Assembly: GCA_040753015.1 (NCBI GenBank)
Contig: JBFMHM010000007.1
Location: 2,076 to 66,075, forward strand
Source: Candidatus Omnitrophota bacterium
GTDB lineage: Bacteria > Omnitrophota > Gorgyraeia > Gygaellales > JBFMHM01
Direction of reading: 5' to 3'
Length of the DNA: 64,000 nt
The notes under the pieces were generated by a model. It saw only the letters and a list, made by a program, of their open reading frames with translations, made no database searches and was not told the DNA's origin. Shown here one piece after another: positions 37,448 through 47,461 of this stretch; position 1 is the stretch's first letter, and every line of letters starts with the position of its first letter. Both the position numbers and the translations under genes were made by a program.

Positions 37448-39729
37448 ACTGGTTTATTTTTTAATGCCTGTAAAATTTTTTCTGGTGTTATTGGCAAACT
37501 AGTAATGCGCACTCCAACAGCATCATAGATTGCATTTGCTACTGCTGCAGATGTGGGCAAAAGTGCTGATTCGGCCATACCTTTCGCACCATACGGCCCT
37601 TCTTTATCATCAGTCTCAACAAATATAGAGTTAATTGGCGGCATATCGGTAGACCTGGGAACACGATAGCTAAAAAGTGTAGGGTTAATTCCGATGCCAT
37701 CTTTAAACTTTAAATCCTCCCAAAGCGTATAGCCAATACCTAAATAAAGGGATCCTTCAATTTGCCCTTCTACTGCTATTGGATTAATCGCCCGGCCTAT
37801 ATCATGCGCATCCGTAATATCTAAGATAGTGACCTTACCTGTTTCTTTATCTACATGCACACTAACAATCTGTGCCTCAAAACTGTAACCTGCCGAAACG
37901 TTTCCCTTACCTGTCCTTAAATCAACTGGCTTTGTTGGAGGATTATATACACCGCGCCCAATTATCATTTTTCCAAAATCAAATGAATAACACAGTTTGA
38001 CTGCATCTAAAAAACTCATTTGATTATATTCATTATCTCTATCAACAATTAATTCTTTTTTATGAACGATCCTCTCAATAGGTAAATTCCAATGTTTTGC
38101 CACAATTTCATCAATTTGTTTCCTGGCATCTTCTGCGGCGCGTTTTGTTGCATTGCCGCTAATAAAAGTAACGCGCGAAGCAAAACTTCCTGTATCGAAT
38201 GGCGTAGTTTCAGTATCCGCGGCGACGACGCGAATTCTTGATAAATCTATTCCTAAAACTTCTGCGGCGATAATCGCCATAGTTGTATTCGAACCTTGCC
38301 CAATATCTGCAGAGCCGGTAAAAATAATCACTGAACCATCTTCTTCTATTCTTATTACTGTTCCGGCGGACTCATGAGACTTGTACATTTTTGAACCCAT
38401 AACATCTGCGGCGATGGCTATACCAATTCCAAAACCTTCTTTATTCTTATCTTGTTTTAATTTTTTCCATTCAGTTTTTTCACAAGCAAGCTTAATACAA
38501 TCTTTTAGGCCATTCGAAGTAATTTCCATTCCATTAAAAGCTGTAAAATTTGGATCAGTTGCATTACGCATACGAAATTCCGCCCCGTCCATACCAATGC
38601 CACAAGCAAGCATATCCATTAAACTCTCAAAGGCAAAACCGGATTGCGCACCGCCAAAACCACGAATTGCACCTGAAATAGGATTATTTGTATAAACCCG
38701 GTAACCAAATATTTTAACGTTTTCTAGTTTATAAACCATACCGATACGCATAATAGCTGCAGCTACTACCGTAGGCCCATAACTACAATATGCCCCGCCA
38801 TCGGCGATAACTTCACCGCTTATTGCCTGGATTTTCCCATCGCGCGATGCCCCAGCTTTTAACTTAAAAATCATTGGATGTTTCCTGCGAGTATAAAGAA
38901 ACTCTTCTTCTCTAGATAGGCAAAATTTTACAGGCCGGCCGCTCTTTTTTGCAAGAAGGCAGGCGCAAAAATCAAGCGGAAGCATTTCTAGCTTTCCGCC
39001 AAAACCTCCCCCAACATGCGGCTTTATCACGCGGATATCTTTTTGATCCATCTTTAGAGTTTTTGCTAAATTCTCTCTTATACGAAATGGCGCCTGAGTT
39101 GAGGCCCAAAGAGTAATTTTTCCTTCTTCATATTTAGCTAATGCCACATGCGGCTCTAAGGACACATGCGCTTGGGATGGCAGCTTAAATTCTGCCTCAC
39201 AAATATAATCTGAATGAGCAAATCCTTTATCTACATCTCCTGCTAAAGCTGGAATCATTACAGCGACATTATTGCGTGAAGATTGAATTTTAGGTGCATC
39301 TGGTTTCATTGCTAGAATTGGATCAAATACTGCTGGCAATATTTCATATTCAACTTCAATCAGCTTGATTGCTTCCTCTGCAATTTCTTCGGTTTCAGCA
39401 CAAACTGCAGCTACCTCTTCTCCAATATAACGCACTTTGTCTGTGGCAAGGGGATACTGATCGTCGGTAAATGGAAAAAAATAAGAATTAGAGCCATATT
39501 TTATTTTATGAGTATCGTCTCTTGTGATAATTGCGTGTACGCCTTTTAGTTTAAGGGCTTTGGCTGTATTAATATTCTTTATAATTGCATGCGCATGCGC
39601 AGAACGTAAAAATTTACCAACAAGCATTCCAGGCAATTTCATATCAAAAGTATAAATTGCCTGTCCCCTTGATTTATCTTTTGCGTCTATATATGGAACA
39701 CTTTTACCTACTGACAAAAATTCATTCAT
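37444..39729 (-). CDS. Molybdopterin-binding catalytic subunit of a xanthine dehydrogenase/aldehyde oxidase/CO-dehydrogenase-family enzyme (761 aa)
   Basis: Ald_Xan_dh_C/C2 architecture: 'GGGFGGK' and 'QGSNTTMAIIAAEVLGI'. Confidence 0.85.
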   Translation of the reverse strand: MNEFLSVGKSVPYIDAKDKSRGQAIYTFDMKLPGMLVGKFLRSAHAHAIIKNINTAKALKLKGVHAIITRDDTHKIKYGSNSYFFPFTDDQYPLATDKVRYIGEEVAAVCAETEEIAEEAIKLIEVEYEILPAVFDPILAMKPDAPKIQSSRNNVAVMIPALAGDVDKGFAHSDYICEAEFKLPSQAHVSLEPHVALAKYEEGKITLWASTQAPFRIRENLAKTLKMDQKDIRVIKPHVGGGFGGKLEMLPLDFCACLLAKKSGRPVKFCLSREEEFLYTRRKHPMIFKLKAGASRDGKIQAISGEVIADGGAYCSYGPTVVAAAIMRIGMVYKLENVKIFGYRVYTNNPISGAIRGFGGAQSGFAFESLMDMLACGIGMDGAEFRMRNATDPNFTAFNGMEITSNGLKDCIKLACEKTEWKKLKQDKNKEGFGIGIAIAADVMGSKMYKSHESAGTVIRIEEDGSVIIFTGSADIGQGSNTTMAIIAAEVLGIDLSRIRVVAADTETTPFDTGSFASRVTFISGNATKRAAEDARKQIDEIVAKHWNLPIERIVHKKELIVDRDNEYNQMSFLDAVKLCYSFDFGKMIIGRGVYNPPTKPVDLRTGKGNVSAGYSFEAQIVSVHVDKETGKVTILDITDAHDIGRAINPIAVEGQIEGSLYLGIGYTLWEDLKFKDGIGINPTLFSYRVPRSTDMPPINSIFVETDDKEGPYGAKGMAESALLPTSAAVANAIYDAVGVRITSLPITPEKILQALKNKPV

Positions 39730-40198
39730 TTAAAATTCTTAGTTTTTCTGCTGCATCTTTTACGGCTTCAATAATTTTTACATACCCGGTACAGCGACAA
39801 ATATTTCCGGTTAAGCCTTGTTTTATTTCTTCCTCTGTTGGATTTGGGTTTGTATCTAGTAAATATTTTGTCGAAAGGATCATCCCCGGGGTACAAAATC
39901 CGCATTGGATTGCACCTTTATTTACAAATGCCTCCTGTATTGGATGTAAAGAATTATCTGATTCGGCTAAACCTTCGATAGTCAAAATTTCTGCGCCATC
40001 ACAATCACAAGCTAGAGTTAAACAAGAAAGTATAGACTTACCATTCATGATTACTGTACAACTACCACATTCGCCAGAATTACAGGCATTTTTAGTGCCG
40101 GTTAATAGAAGCCTATCCCGTAATAATTCAACAAGAAGTAGATTTGGCTCAACCTCTAATTCATAATTTTTAGAATTAACTTTTATTTTTATATTCAT
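39722..40198 (-). CDS. [2Fe-2S] small subunit of the molybdoenzyme
   Basis: Two Cys clusters: 'CNSGECGSCTV' and 'CGFCTPG...CRCTGY'. Confidence 0.85.
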   Translation of the reverse strand: MNIKIKVNSKNYELEVEPNLLLVELLRDRLLLTGTKNACNSGECGSCTVIMNGKSILSCLTLACDCDGAEILTIEGLAESDNSLHPIQEAFVNKGAIQCGFCTPGMILSTKYLLDTNPNPTEEEIKQGLTGNICRCTGYVKIIEAVKDAAEKLRILNE

Positions 40199-40967
40199 TT
40201 AATAAGCGCCTAAAATTTACTGAAATAATCCTACGCCTCAATTCGTCTTTCTGTAAAAGATTAAGTTCGTCATTAAATACTACTTCTATATTGCTCTCAC
40301 CATCCTGTAATGCTTTTTCAGTCTTAGGGAATCTCTGTGGGAGAGCGTTACCTAAATTACAACTAACCCTATAATCTTTATCAGCCTTAATAATACACAC
40401 CGAGGCCAATGGAATATCAGTGCTATTTGAACGAGGAATCCTTATAAAAAAGTATTTTGTTATATTTATTCTAGGAATGTTAATATATTTAAGCAAAAAC
40501 TGGGTAAAATCTTTTCTCTGTAATAAATAATCTTTTATAGAAATATTTTTTTCTGTGAATCGTAACTCTGCATCTAACGCAAGCAATAAAAATACCAAAT
40601 CCGCCCAAGGGAGACCACAGGTTATATTGCCCCCAATACTTGCCATATTACGAATTTGCGGCGTAGCTATTTCGGGAATAAATTTATTTAATACTGGGAT
40701 ATAGTTTTTAATTAAATTACTGCGCTTAATATCGTCTAAAGTTGCTGTTGAGCCTATTGAAATAAAATCATCTGTTTTTTCTATATTTTTTAGGCTTGTA
40801 ATATTCTTTAGGCCGATAATGTTTTTAGGAAAGATTTCTTGATTTTTTAAGAATGGCAAAATAAAAGTTCCGCCAGAAATAATGCGGCAATTTTCTTTTG
40901 AAGATAATAACCTTTGCGCCTCTTCTATAGTTTCCGGGCGATAATAATTAAAATTTTTAAAAATCAT
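40176..40967 (-). CDS. FAD-binding medium subunit of the molybdoenzyme
   Basis: FAD_binding_5 / CO-dehydrogenase flavoprotein layout: 'ISGGTFILP' and 'ASIGGNI'. Confidence 0.8.
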   Translation of the reverse strand: MIFKNFNYYRPETIEEAQRLLSSKENCRIISGGTFILPFLKNQEIFPKNIIGLKNITSLKNIEKTDDFISIGSTATLDDIKRSNLIKNYIPVLNKFIPEIATPQIRNMASIGGNITCGLPWADLVFLLLALDAELRFTEKNISIKDYLLQRKDFTQFLLKYINIPRINITKYFFIRIPRSNSTDIPLASVCIIKADKDYRVSCNLGNALPQRFPKTEKALQDGESNIEVVFNDELNLLQKDELRRRIISVNFRRLLNEYKNKS

Positions 40968-41255
40968 TAATGAAAAAAATGTCTTTCATGTTCGCCTAAA
41001 ATCTCCCTTACGGCTAACACTTTTTGTATTAACTAGTATTTCTTTTCTATTAAACATCGGCAACATAAAGGATTTGATTGCTAGCACTATATCGTAATTT
41101 ATTAGTATCGCAAATTCAATTTTAATTTTCCCACACAACACATACTTCTCCTTGACAACTTCTACCATATAATGTATACTTTATATGGTAAGTAAATCCT
41201 CGTTCGTGGGGTTCCGCAGGGTTCCTCGTAAATAGCGAATGAGGTTTTACCATTT
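40968..41255 (-). promoter_or_regulatory. 288-nt 5' leader of the molybdoenzyme operon with strong hairpins; possible cis-regulatory RNA
   Basis: A perfect 9-bp hairpin ACCAUAUAA-aguauaca-UUAUAUGGU and an 8/9 stem CCUCAUUCG...CGAACGAGG on the transcribed (minus) strand. Confidence 0.3.
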
Positions 41256-41891
41256 TTAGGGGAATAAAGGGTTCTCCTCTATTAATTTATGTTTAATCAT
41301 GTTGTAATAACTATCATCCCCATATTCCAACTTACGAAATATTGCCCAACTAACAAAATCAACCGCTTGTAAGCTTTTCTCTTCTGCTGGATTTTTTATC
41401 TCTATATTCAATTTTAATTTGTGAGTATTACCAATTTGATTTTTTAAATAAGAACTAAAATTTTCATTTAAGAATTTATTAGTTTCACGTTTAGATGCAA
41501 TTAAATGAATTGTTTCATTAAGTGGTATCAATTTTTTTGTAATTATTCTATCTAAAAGAATATTTGTTACATAATTATAGAGAACAGATTTTTCGTTTTG
41601 TAATTTTATATAAACTCGTTTCTTATTTAAATAAATTGTCATTAAATCACAATCTTTTGATGCGATTTTCTTTAATAATCGCTGTCGCGTAATAGGTTCT
41701 TCTTCTGTAGCATGTAAAACACTATTAACATTCTTATGCTTATTTCTTAAAATACGATGTGCCAATCTGACACACTTTTCTATCTGACGCTTATTTCTTG
41801 TAAATAAAAAAGTAATTACGAAGAATTTTGTAGTTTTTTTCTTAGAAAAATCAAAACCTAAATCGCCTGATTCATCTAAATAAATATACAT
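41256..41891 (-). CDS. DUF3800-like protein (211 aa)
   Basis: N-terminal 'MYIYLDESGDLGF' DUF3800 signature. Confidence 0.5.
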   Translation of the reverse strand: MYIYLDESGDLGFDFSKKKTTKFFVITFLFTRNKRQIEKCVRLAHRILRNKHKNVNSVLHATEEEPITRQRLLKKIASKDCDLMTIYLNKKRVYIKLQNEKSVLYNYVTNILLDRIITKKLIPLNETIHLIASKRETNKFLNENFSSYLKNQIGNTHKLKLNIEIKNPAEEKSLQAVDFVSWAIFRKLEYGDDSYYNMIKHKLIEENPLFP

Positions 41892-43336
41892 TAAATAAAA
41901 GGTATACCTTTAGTAAAACACTCTTCCACTTTAGGCACAACTTCCATATAACTTCTGCAGCAGGCGCCAACAAGAGGGCTTGTATAACCATAAAGCATAC
42001 GATGCACTCGTTCTGGCTTTGAATAAAATTCTCTATTCATCCATCCGGCAAACCGGTTTAGGTCATCTCTGGATAGATATTTTGTGGGCATAACTGCATG
42101 GGCCATATCATAAAACCTGAAATCTTTTATTTCTCTACGTGGACTATTTTTCATTTCTTCCCAAAATTCTGTACCCGGATACGGAACTAAAATCTGCACG
42201 GTCATAAGATCAGGGTCTAACCAATCAAGAGTTTCAGCACGTTTTTTTATTGTTGTTTCATCGTCTTCCCAAAAACCAATCATTACGGTGCCACAGGTAG
42301 AAATATCATTTTCACGAAGCTTAGTAATTGCCTCTTTTATTTGAGCAAGAGTTATATTTTTGCCCATCGCCTTAAGTTTTTCGTCGGTTTCTGCCTCAAT
42401 GCCGATTAAGGTAAGAATACAGCCCGACTGCCTCATTTTTTTATAAAGATGGGTTTGTTCAACAAATTTATCAGCACGCCCCAAAAACATCCAAGAAAAT
42501 TCGAGCTTTCTTTTCAAAATTTCATCACAAAATTCTTCGATACGCTCGGTTTGGCTGTTAAAATCATCGTCTTGAATCTCAAACATCTGAGTACCATATT
42601 TCTTTACTAAAAGCTCTGCCTGATCTGCAATGCGTTTACCGGATAAGCCGCGCCAACGGCCAACATTTTCTTTACGACGGCCGTCATACTGATTCCATTG
42701 AAAACAAAAATAACATCTACCAGCACAACCACGGCTAGTTACAATTCTTACCGCCTTCGGCCAATAAGTATATGAATAATATTTATCTAACGGAAATAAA
42801 TGATATGCCGGTAAGGGCAGGCTGTCTAAATCATCAATAATCGCCCTTGGCCCATTCAATATAACGTTATCTTTTTCTCTAAAACAAAGCCCGTCGATAA
42901 CTCGAAAATTAGCGTTGGGCTTTGCAAGTTCTTGAGTTAATTCTAAAAGAGTATTCTCTCCTTCGCCAATTACTGCAAAATCAATCTCTGGACATTCTCC
43001 TAGGGACTCCTTGCTTAAGGCGTTAAAATGCATTCCACCGCAGACAATTTTTACATTTGGCATAGCTTTCTTGATTTTTCTTGCCGCATCATATATACAA
43101 TGCACCCAAGTTGTTCCGCAACCCATGCCGATTAAATCAGGATTTCTTTTTTTAAGCTCTTCAATCATTTGATCATGGTTTAAATCAAATGCCGGACAAT
43201 CTAATACATCAACTTCGACATCCGTGGTTTTCTCTAACAAGTATGCGGCTAATTGTGCAAAACCCGGATAAATAGATCTCATTTTACCAAAATATACCCA
43301 CATGCCCATCGGCGGAGTTAAAAATGTAATTTTCAT
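41891..43336 (-). CDS. B12-binding radical SAM enzyme no. 1 (481 aa)
   Basis: N-terminal cobalamin-binding-like domain, 'VTSRGCAGRCYFCFQW' CxxxCxxC. It is paralogous to 52049..53515. Confidence 0.8.
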   Translation of the reverse strand: MKITFLTPPMGMWVYFGKMRSIYPGFAQLAAYLLEKTTDVEVDVLDCPAFDLNHDQMIEELKKRNPDLIGMGCGTTWVHCIYDAARKIKKAMPNVKIVCGGMHFNALSKESLGECPEIDFAVIGEGENTLLELTQELAKPNANFRVIDGLCFREKDNVILNGPRAIIDDLDSLPLPAYHLFPLDKYYSYTYWPKAVRIVTSRGCAGRCYFCFQWNQYDGRRKENVGRWRGLSGKRIADQAELLVKKYGTQMFEIQDDDFNSQTERIEEFCDEILKRKLEFSWMFLGRADKFVEQTHLYKKMRQSGCILTLIGIEAETDEKLKAMGKNITLAQIKEAITKLRENDISTCGTVMIGFWEDDETTIKKRAETLDWLDPDLMTVQILVPYPGTEFWEEMKNSPRREIKDFRFYDMAHAVMPTKYLSRDDLNRFAGWMNREFYSKPERVHRMLYGYTSPLVGACCRSYMEVVPKVEECFTKGIPFI

Positions 43337-44232
43337 TAATTAATTATCCTCTTAAAATTATCTCTCAATATAGAATCGCTAAAATTAAGATTTTTAACTA
43401 AGCTTATCGATTCAATAGCATCTTTATTGGCTGGCCAATCACTTCCCCAAAGAATATTATCTTTACTGAATACTTCAATTGCACAATTTATTACATTTAT
43501 AGAAGAAACTCCACTTGTATCAACATAAAATTTCTTTAAGATACTCGTTGGTACTTGCCCTAAATCTTTTACTACATTTATTCCTCTTAACATTGAATAT
43601 GTTGTATCAAAACGTTTTGCCAAAAATGGGATAACACCTGCAAAATGGGCAAAAACAAATTTTAAATTCGGAAATTTATTGCCAATACCCGCCATAATTA
43701 ATTTTCCCATGCACGCACTCAAATCAAAAAGATATTGCATGACAGGAGTCAACAATGGATCAAAGAATCTTTCGCTACCCAGCGGCATCTGTGTCTGCGA
43801 ATGCACAAAAATAGGGATATTATTCTGGCTTAAAAATTCATACAACTCAAAATAAAATTCATCATCTAGATACCTACTTTTATAGCTGGAAGATATTGAT
43901 AATACCTTTAGCCCTAATTCGTGAACTGCACGTTTTGTTTCTTCCAATAGAGAATGCCTGCTTGTCTGTGGAAGAATAAAAGCAGGAACCAGCTTATCCT
44001 TATATTTTTCTAAATCACAACTAAGCTCATCATTATAAATTTTTGCTTCGTTAACATCGCCTAATTTTTTGGCCGCATCTGTAGTAGGATACAAAATTAA
44101 ACTTTTTTTAATTTCATTCTTATCCATAAAATCAATTAATTTACCTAGATCTGACCAAACCGGCGGATAGAATGAAACATTTTCTCTAAATTTTACAGGC
44201 AGATAATGGCTATGTGAATCAAAAATTTGCAT
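43336..44232 (-). CDS. Amidohydrolase-2 (ACMSD-like metal-dependent hydrolase/decarboxylase) family protein
   Basis: 'MQIFDSHSHY' HxH metal ligands at the N-terminus, about 300 aa TIM-barrel pattern. Confidence 0.6.
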   Translation of the reverse strand: MQIFDSHSHYLPVKFRENVSFYPPVWSDLGKLIDFMDKNEIKKSLILYPTTDAAKKLGDVNEAKIYNDELSCDLEKYKDKLVPAFILPQTSRHSLLEETKRAVHELGLKVLSISSSYKSRYLDDEFYFELYEFLSQNNIPIFVHSQTQMPLGSERFFDPLLTPVMQYLFDLSACMGKLIMAGIGNKFPNLKFVFAHFAGVIPFLAKRFDTTYSMLRGINVVKDLGQVPTSILKKFYVDTSGVSSINVINCAIEVFSKDNILWGSDWPANKDAIESISLVKNLNFSDSILRDNFKRIIN

Positions 44233-44427
44233 TTATTTCTTAAATTTATCCCAAATATATAAAATAAATTTTCCTAAAAGCCATATTGCAAATATTATAA
44301 AAATAAAACCGATAATAAATTGCAGAAAAAAACTACCGATTAATAAGAATGGATATAGGACGATTCCGATTCCCAATAAAATTAATACAGCAAATAAGAA
44401 TAATAAACCTACTAAAAATGCTTTCAT
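44233..44427 (-). CDS. Small two-TM membrane protein (64 aa)
   Basis: Two hydrophobic helices, tightly packed between flanking genes. Confidence 0.35.
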   Translation of the reverse strand: MKAFLVGLLFLFAVLILLGIGIVLYPFLLIGSFFLQFIIGFIFIIFAIWLLGKFILYIWDKFKK

Positions 44428-44444
44428 ATCCCTCCTAATTATTG

Positions 44445-44900
44445 TTAAACTTTAATTTTTTGTGCCTGGGCCTCTTTTTCAATAATACCTTTTATTATCT
44501 TTAGATTATCCTGGGAATGCTTATTTATAAAGCCTTCCACGGTTTTATCATCAAACTTAGTTTTTTCATCCATTTCAAAATGCTGAATCCAGGTCATTTC
44601 TACTCCGTCAACTCTTTGCGTATAAAGCCAAATAATCTTCATAAATTTAAAAGGGAATTTTGGTTCTTGCCGTTCTGCATAAGTAAAGAATTTATCCTTA
44701 AATAATAATCTCCATGATTGCCAGCTTTTACTTTCATCATCAGTAAGACGAAATATAATTTTATTATCTTCCCTTTTAAGAATTTCTGCTTTTTTATATT
44801 CTCCACCAAAAAGCTCAGTCCAACGCGGAATATCATTTGTAATATCAAATACCATCTCATACGATGCATTGATTATAATTGAGTTACTTGTGTGTCCCAT
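44445..44900 (-). CDS. SRPBCC (polyketide cyclase/dehydrase-like, Bet v1 fold) protein
   Basis: About 150 aa with the start pattern of the Polyketide_cyc2 family. It sits in the KS/ACP cluster. Confidence 0.5.
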   Translation of the reverse strand: MGHTSNSIIINASYEMVFDITNDIPRWTELFGGEYKKAEILKREDNKIIFRLTDDESKSWQSWRLLFKDKFFTYAERQEPKFPFKFMKIIWLYTQRVDGVEMTWIQHFEMDEKTKFDDKTVEGFINKHSQDNLKIIKGIIEKEAQAQKIKV

Positions 44901-44971
44901 AATCTATCTCCTTTATATGATATCAACTGCCTAAATTCAACTTACCTCTATATTTTTCATTCTATAGAACT

Positions 44972-45334
44972 TTACTCACAAGTGAAACACACCGTTGTTT
45001 CAAAATCTTTTGAAGTTCTTGACGAACCAATAGCGCGCGCTGCATCATGTTGATCTAATGACCATGCGGCCTTACGTGCAGTATTGATAATTTTACTAGT
45101 ATCCTCATTACCAATACCTTTATATTCTGTAATTTCATTCACAACAACAACTTCCTTATTTATTTTCGCACAATGCACGTTTGCTTTCTTTAAGGCCGCC
45201 TCGCGTGAAAAAACTTTATCGCTACTATAACCTACTACCTTATATTCTCCGCTAGTTGTTTTAACTATTGAAGATGTGGAGGCACACCCTGCCAAAAAAC
45301 TAATTAAGAGTAGCAGTAAAATAATCCTCTCCAT
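44972..45334 (-). CDS. Small lipoprotein (120 aa)
   Basis: Signal peptide plus lipobox 'LAGCAS'. Confidence 0.5.
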   Translation of the reverse strand: MERIILLLLLISFLAGCASTSSIVKTTSGEYKVVGYSSDKVFSREAALKKANVHCAKINKEVVVVNEITEYKGIGNEDTSKIINTARKAAWSLDQHDAARAIGSSRTSKDFETTVCFTCE

Positions 45335-45347
45335 GTCTTTCTCCTTT

Positions 45348-46670
45348 TTAATTTATCACCCAATACCCGCCCTTATCTGGGCCAATACGTTTAATAATTC
45401 CCTCTTTCTTCATCTTCGCAATATGCCATTCTATTCCCTTAAGTGTAAGACAAGAACTTTTTGCAAGAACAGATATTGTTATTGCCGAATTTTCTTTAAT
45501 TAGGCGCAATATTTTCTCCCTAGTTTTCTCCCTAGTTTTCTCCCTAGTTTTATCTAAACCTTCTACAGTCTTTGCTTTTAAAAAACATACGCACAAGCCA
45601 CCTGTTATTTCTGAGAATTCAGGTTCAGGAAGTTTTGCTTGTCGGCATTTTTCTACAATCTTTATTGTACCCCTACCCCATGATTCGATAAATCCAGCTT
45701 TAAAAAATACATCGGCTAAAAGCTCATTACGCGGGCAAGATAAGTGAGGCTTTTTTAACTTATCACAAGTAATTTCGCGAGGAAGTTTACCAATATTCCA
45801 TAACCATAATTTATTATCATAGACTCGTATTTGCGTATGAGGACCTGTATAATCACGGTGTATAACTGCATTAATTATTGCCTCGCGTAAAGCATCTTCA
45901 GGATAGATAAGATCTTCTTTTCGATATATGCCTTCATAATAAAATCTATTTTCTAAATATTTTACTTTTAGAATCTCTAGCGTCTTTTCAACTTGTTCAA
46001 AAATATTTCCTTCGATGATATCAGTACTAATAACTTCGCTTTCCGATGCAAATCGTCCAATTTGAATAAATGCTGAAGTAAAGTATTTTTTAGGATTTTT
46101 ACCAAAAAGAAGAATAGCTGCGCGTTTTAATTTTCCTTTTTCCATAAGATTTAGTTTTTCTAAAATAAGTTTAACGTTTTTTTCACGATATATAAACGGA
46201 AATCTTGTTTTAGCTAATTGCTGAAAATACCTGATAGCTTTAATACTAATATCTTTGGATGAAGCCCTTGGCTCAATTATATTATCCCAAGATGTACCAG
46301 CACAAGAAAGAATAAAATGAGATAATTCTATTCCTTTCAATTCAGAAGTTGTGCTGCCAGAACGAATATAAAAGTTACCTTTATAAGAAATTGCGGCTTT
46401 GTATTTTTTAACAATTATTTTTATAATCGGACCATGTGTTTTTTTAATATCTTTTATATCGACAACAATGCCTAAAATATCTCTTATTTTATTTGGAATA
46501 TACTCTAAAAGTTTGTTTACATCTCTTAAGCCAACAACTCTACCTTCGTCATTAATACCTATATACAATATGCCACCACTTGTATTTGCAAATGCGCATA
46601 TTGTTTTAAGCGCTTCATCACTCCACTGTTCTTTAAATTCTATATTTTGATTTTCGTTTTTATAAATCAT
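45348..46670 (-). CDS. AlbA_2 (Schlafen-like) DNA-binding / HATPase-like / C-terminal HTH regulator ('RecG C-terminal-like ATP-dependent DNA helicase' family)
   Basis: N-terminal 'NIEFKEQWSDEALKTICAFANTSGGILYIGI' AlbA_2 signature. Contains an in-frame (KTRE)x3 repeat. Confidence 0.7.
   Translation of the reverse strand: MIYKNENQNIEFKEQWSDEALKTICAFANTSGGILYIGINDEGRVVGLRDVNKLLEYIPNKIRDILGIVVDIKDIKKTHGPIIKIIVKKYKAAISYKGNFYIRSGSTTSELKGIELSHFILSCAGTSWDNIIEPRASSKDISIKAIRYFQQLAKTRFPFIYREKNVKLILEKLNLMEKGKLKRAAILLFGKNPKKYFTSAFIQIGRFASESEVISTDIIEGNIFEQVEKTLEILKVKYLENRFYYEGIYRKEDLIYPEDALREAIINAVIHRDYTGPHTQIRVYDNKLWLWNIGKLPREITCDKLKKPHLSCPRNELLADVFFKAGFIESWGRGTIKIVEKCRQAKLPEPEFSEITGGLCVCFLKAKTVEGLDKTREKTREKTREKILRLIKENSAITISVLAKSSCLTLKGIEWHIAKMKKEGIIKRIGPDKGGYWVIN
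45512..45547 (-). repeat. Perfect 12-bp x3 tandem repeat (ttttctccctag), in frame, encoding TREKTREKTREK
   Basis: Seen directly in the sequence; a partial fourth unit follows. Confidence 0.9.
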
Positions 46671-47461
46671 ACAATTCCTACCGCCCTAATCCAACTTGCA
46701 CCAACATCCTTAATCTTTATCGGAAAGCAAATAAATTTAAAGCCGCTTGCTGGCAATTTATCTAAATTAGCCAAACGTTCGATATGTGCATACTCACGCT
46801 TGCGGCCATAAAAATGCGCTGGCCAAAGATATTTACTATCACGTGTACGCATAAAATCCGCCATCATAAATTTATAAGGCCGGTCAAAGCCTAGCGTGTC
46901 AATACCAATAATATTTACGCCAAAATTTAAAATATATTCAATTGCATCTACGCTAACACCGGGATAATTTGTTAAATAATCACGGGTTCCAAAAAATTTA
47001 TCTGCACCAGTGCGTAATAAAACAACATCGTTTTTCTTAATCTGATAATTTATTTTTTTTAAAGCATTTTCTATATCCGCTTTTAAAATAAGCTCCCCGG
47101 GTAATTTGCTAGTTAAATCTAAAACAACCCCGTCTGAAAAACACCATTCTAAAGGAATAGCTTCAGCAGTTTTTGAAGCGCGATTTTCTGACTTTGTTCC
47201 ATAGTGAAAAGAAAAATCAATATGTGTGCCAATATGTACCGGGCAATGCACAGTTTCGAGTGATAAAAACTCCTCATCTGGCAAATCCGTAGGTTTAATA
47301 ATGCGTTTACCCAGAAAAAAATCTATTTTCCCTTTTAATGTGCCCTTCATCATTACCCAATTTAAATGCTGGACACCTTCTTTATGTCCAAGCCTCTCTA
47401 TACTAAAAGGATGGACCTCTGGCGCTCTCTCGTCTATAGGTAAACTTAAATCGATTATCAT
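46667..47461 (-). CDS. Cyclase-family protein (kynurenine-formamidase-like fold)
   Basis: 'HIGTHIDFSFH' metal-binding His cluster typical of PF04199. Confidence 0.65.
   Translation of the reverse strand: MIIDLSLPIDERAPEVHPFSIERLGHKEGVQHLNWVMMKGTLKGKIDFFLGKRIIKPTDLPDEEFLSLETVHCPVHIGTHIDFSFHYGTKSENRASKTAEAIPLEWCFSDGVVLDLTSKLPGELILKADIENALKKINYQIKKNDVVLLRTGADKFFGTRDYLTNYPGVSVDAIEYILNFGVNIIGIDTLGFDRPYKFMMADFMRTRDSKYLWPAHFYGRKREYAHIERLANLDKLPASGFKFICFPIKIKDVGASWIRAVGIV

Noticed and set aside
40986-41168. 60-aa ORF in the molybdoenzyme leader
   Set aside because: No RBS, odd composition, and it lies wholly inside the putative structured leader. Probably spurious.
40968-41255. Purine riboswitch upstream of the xanthine-dehydrogenase-family operon
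   Set aside because: I could not find the conserved J2/3 'UUUCUACC' or 'CCGUAAAU'-type junctions. Only generic hairpins are visible.
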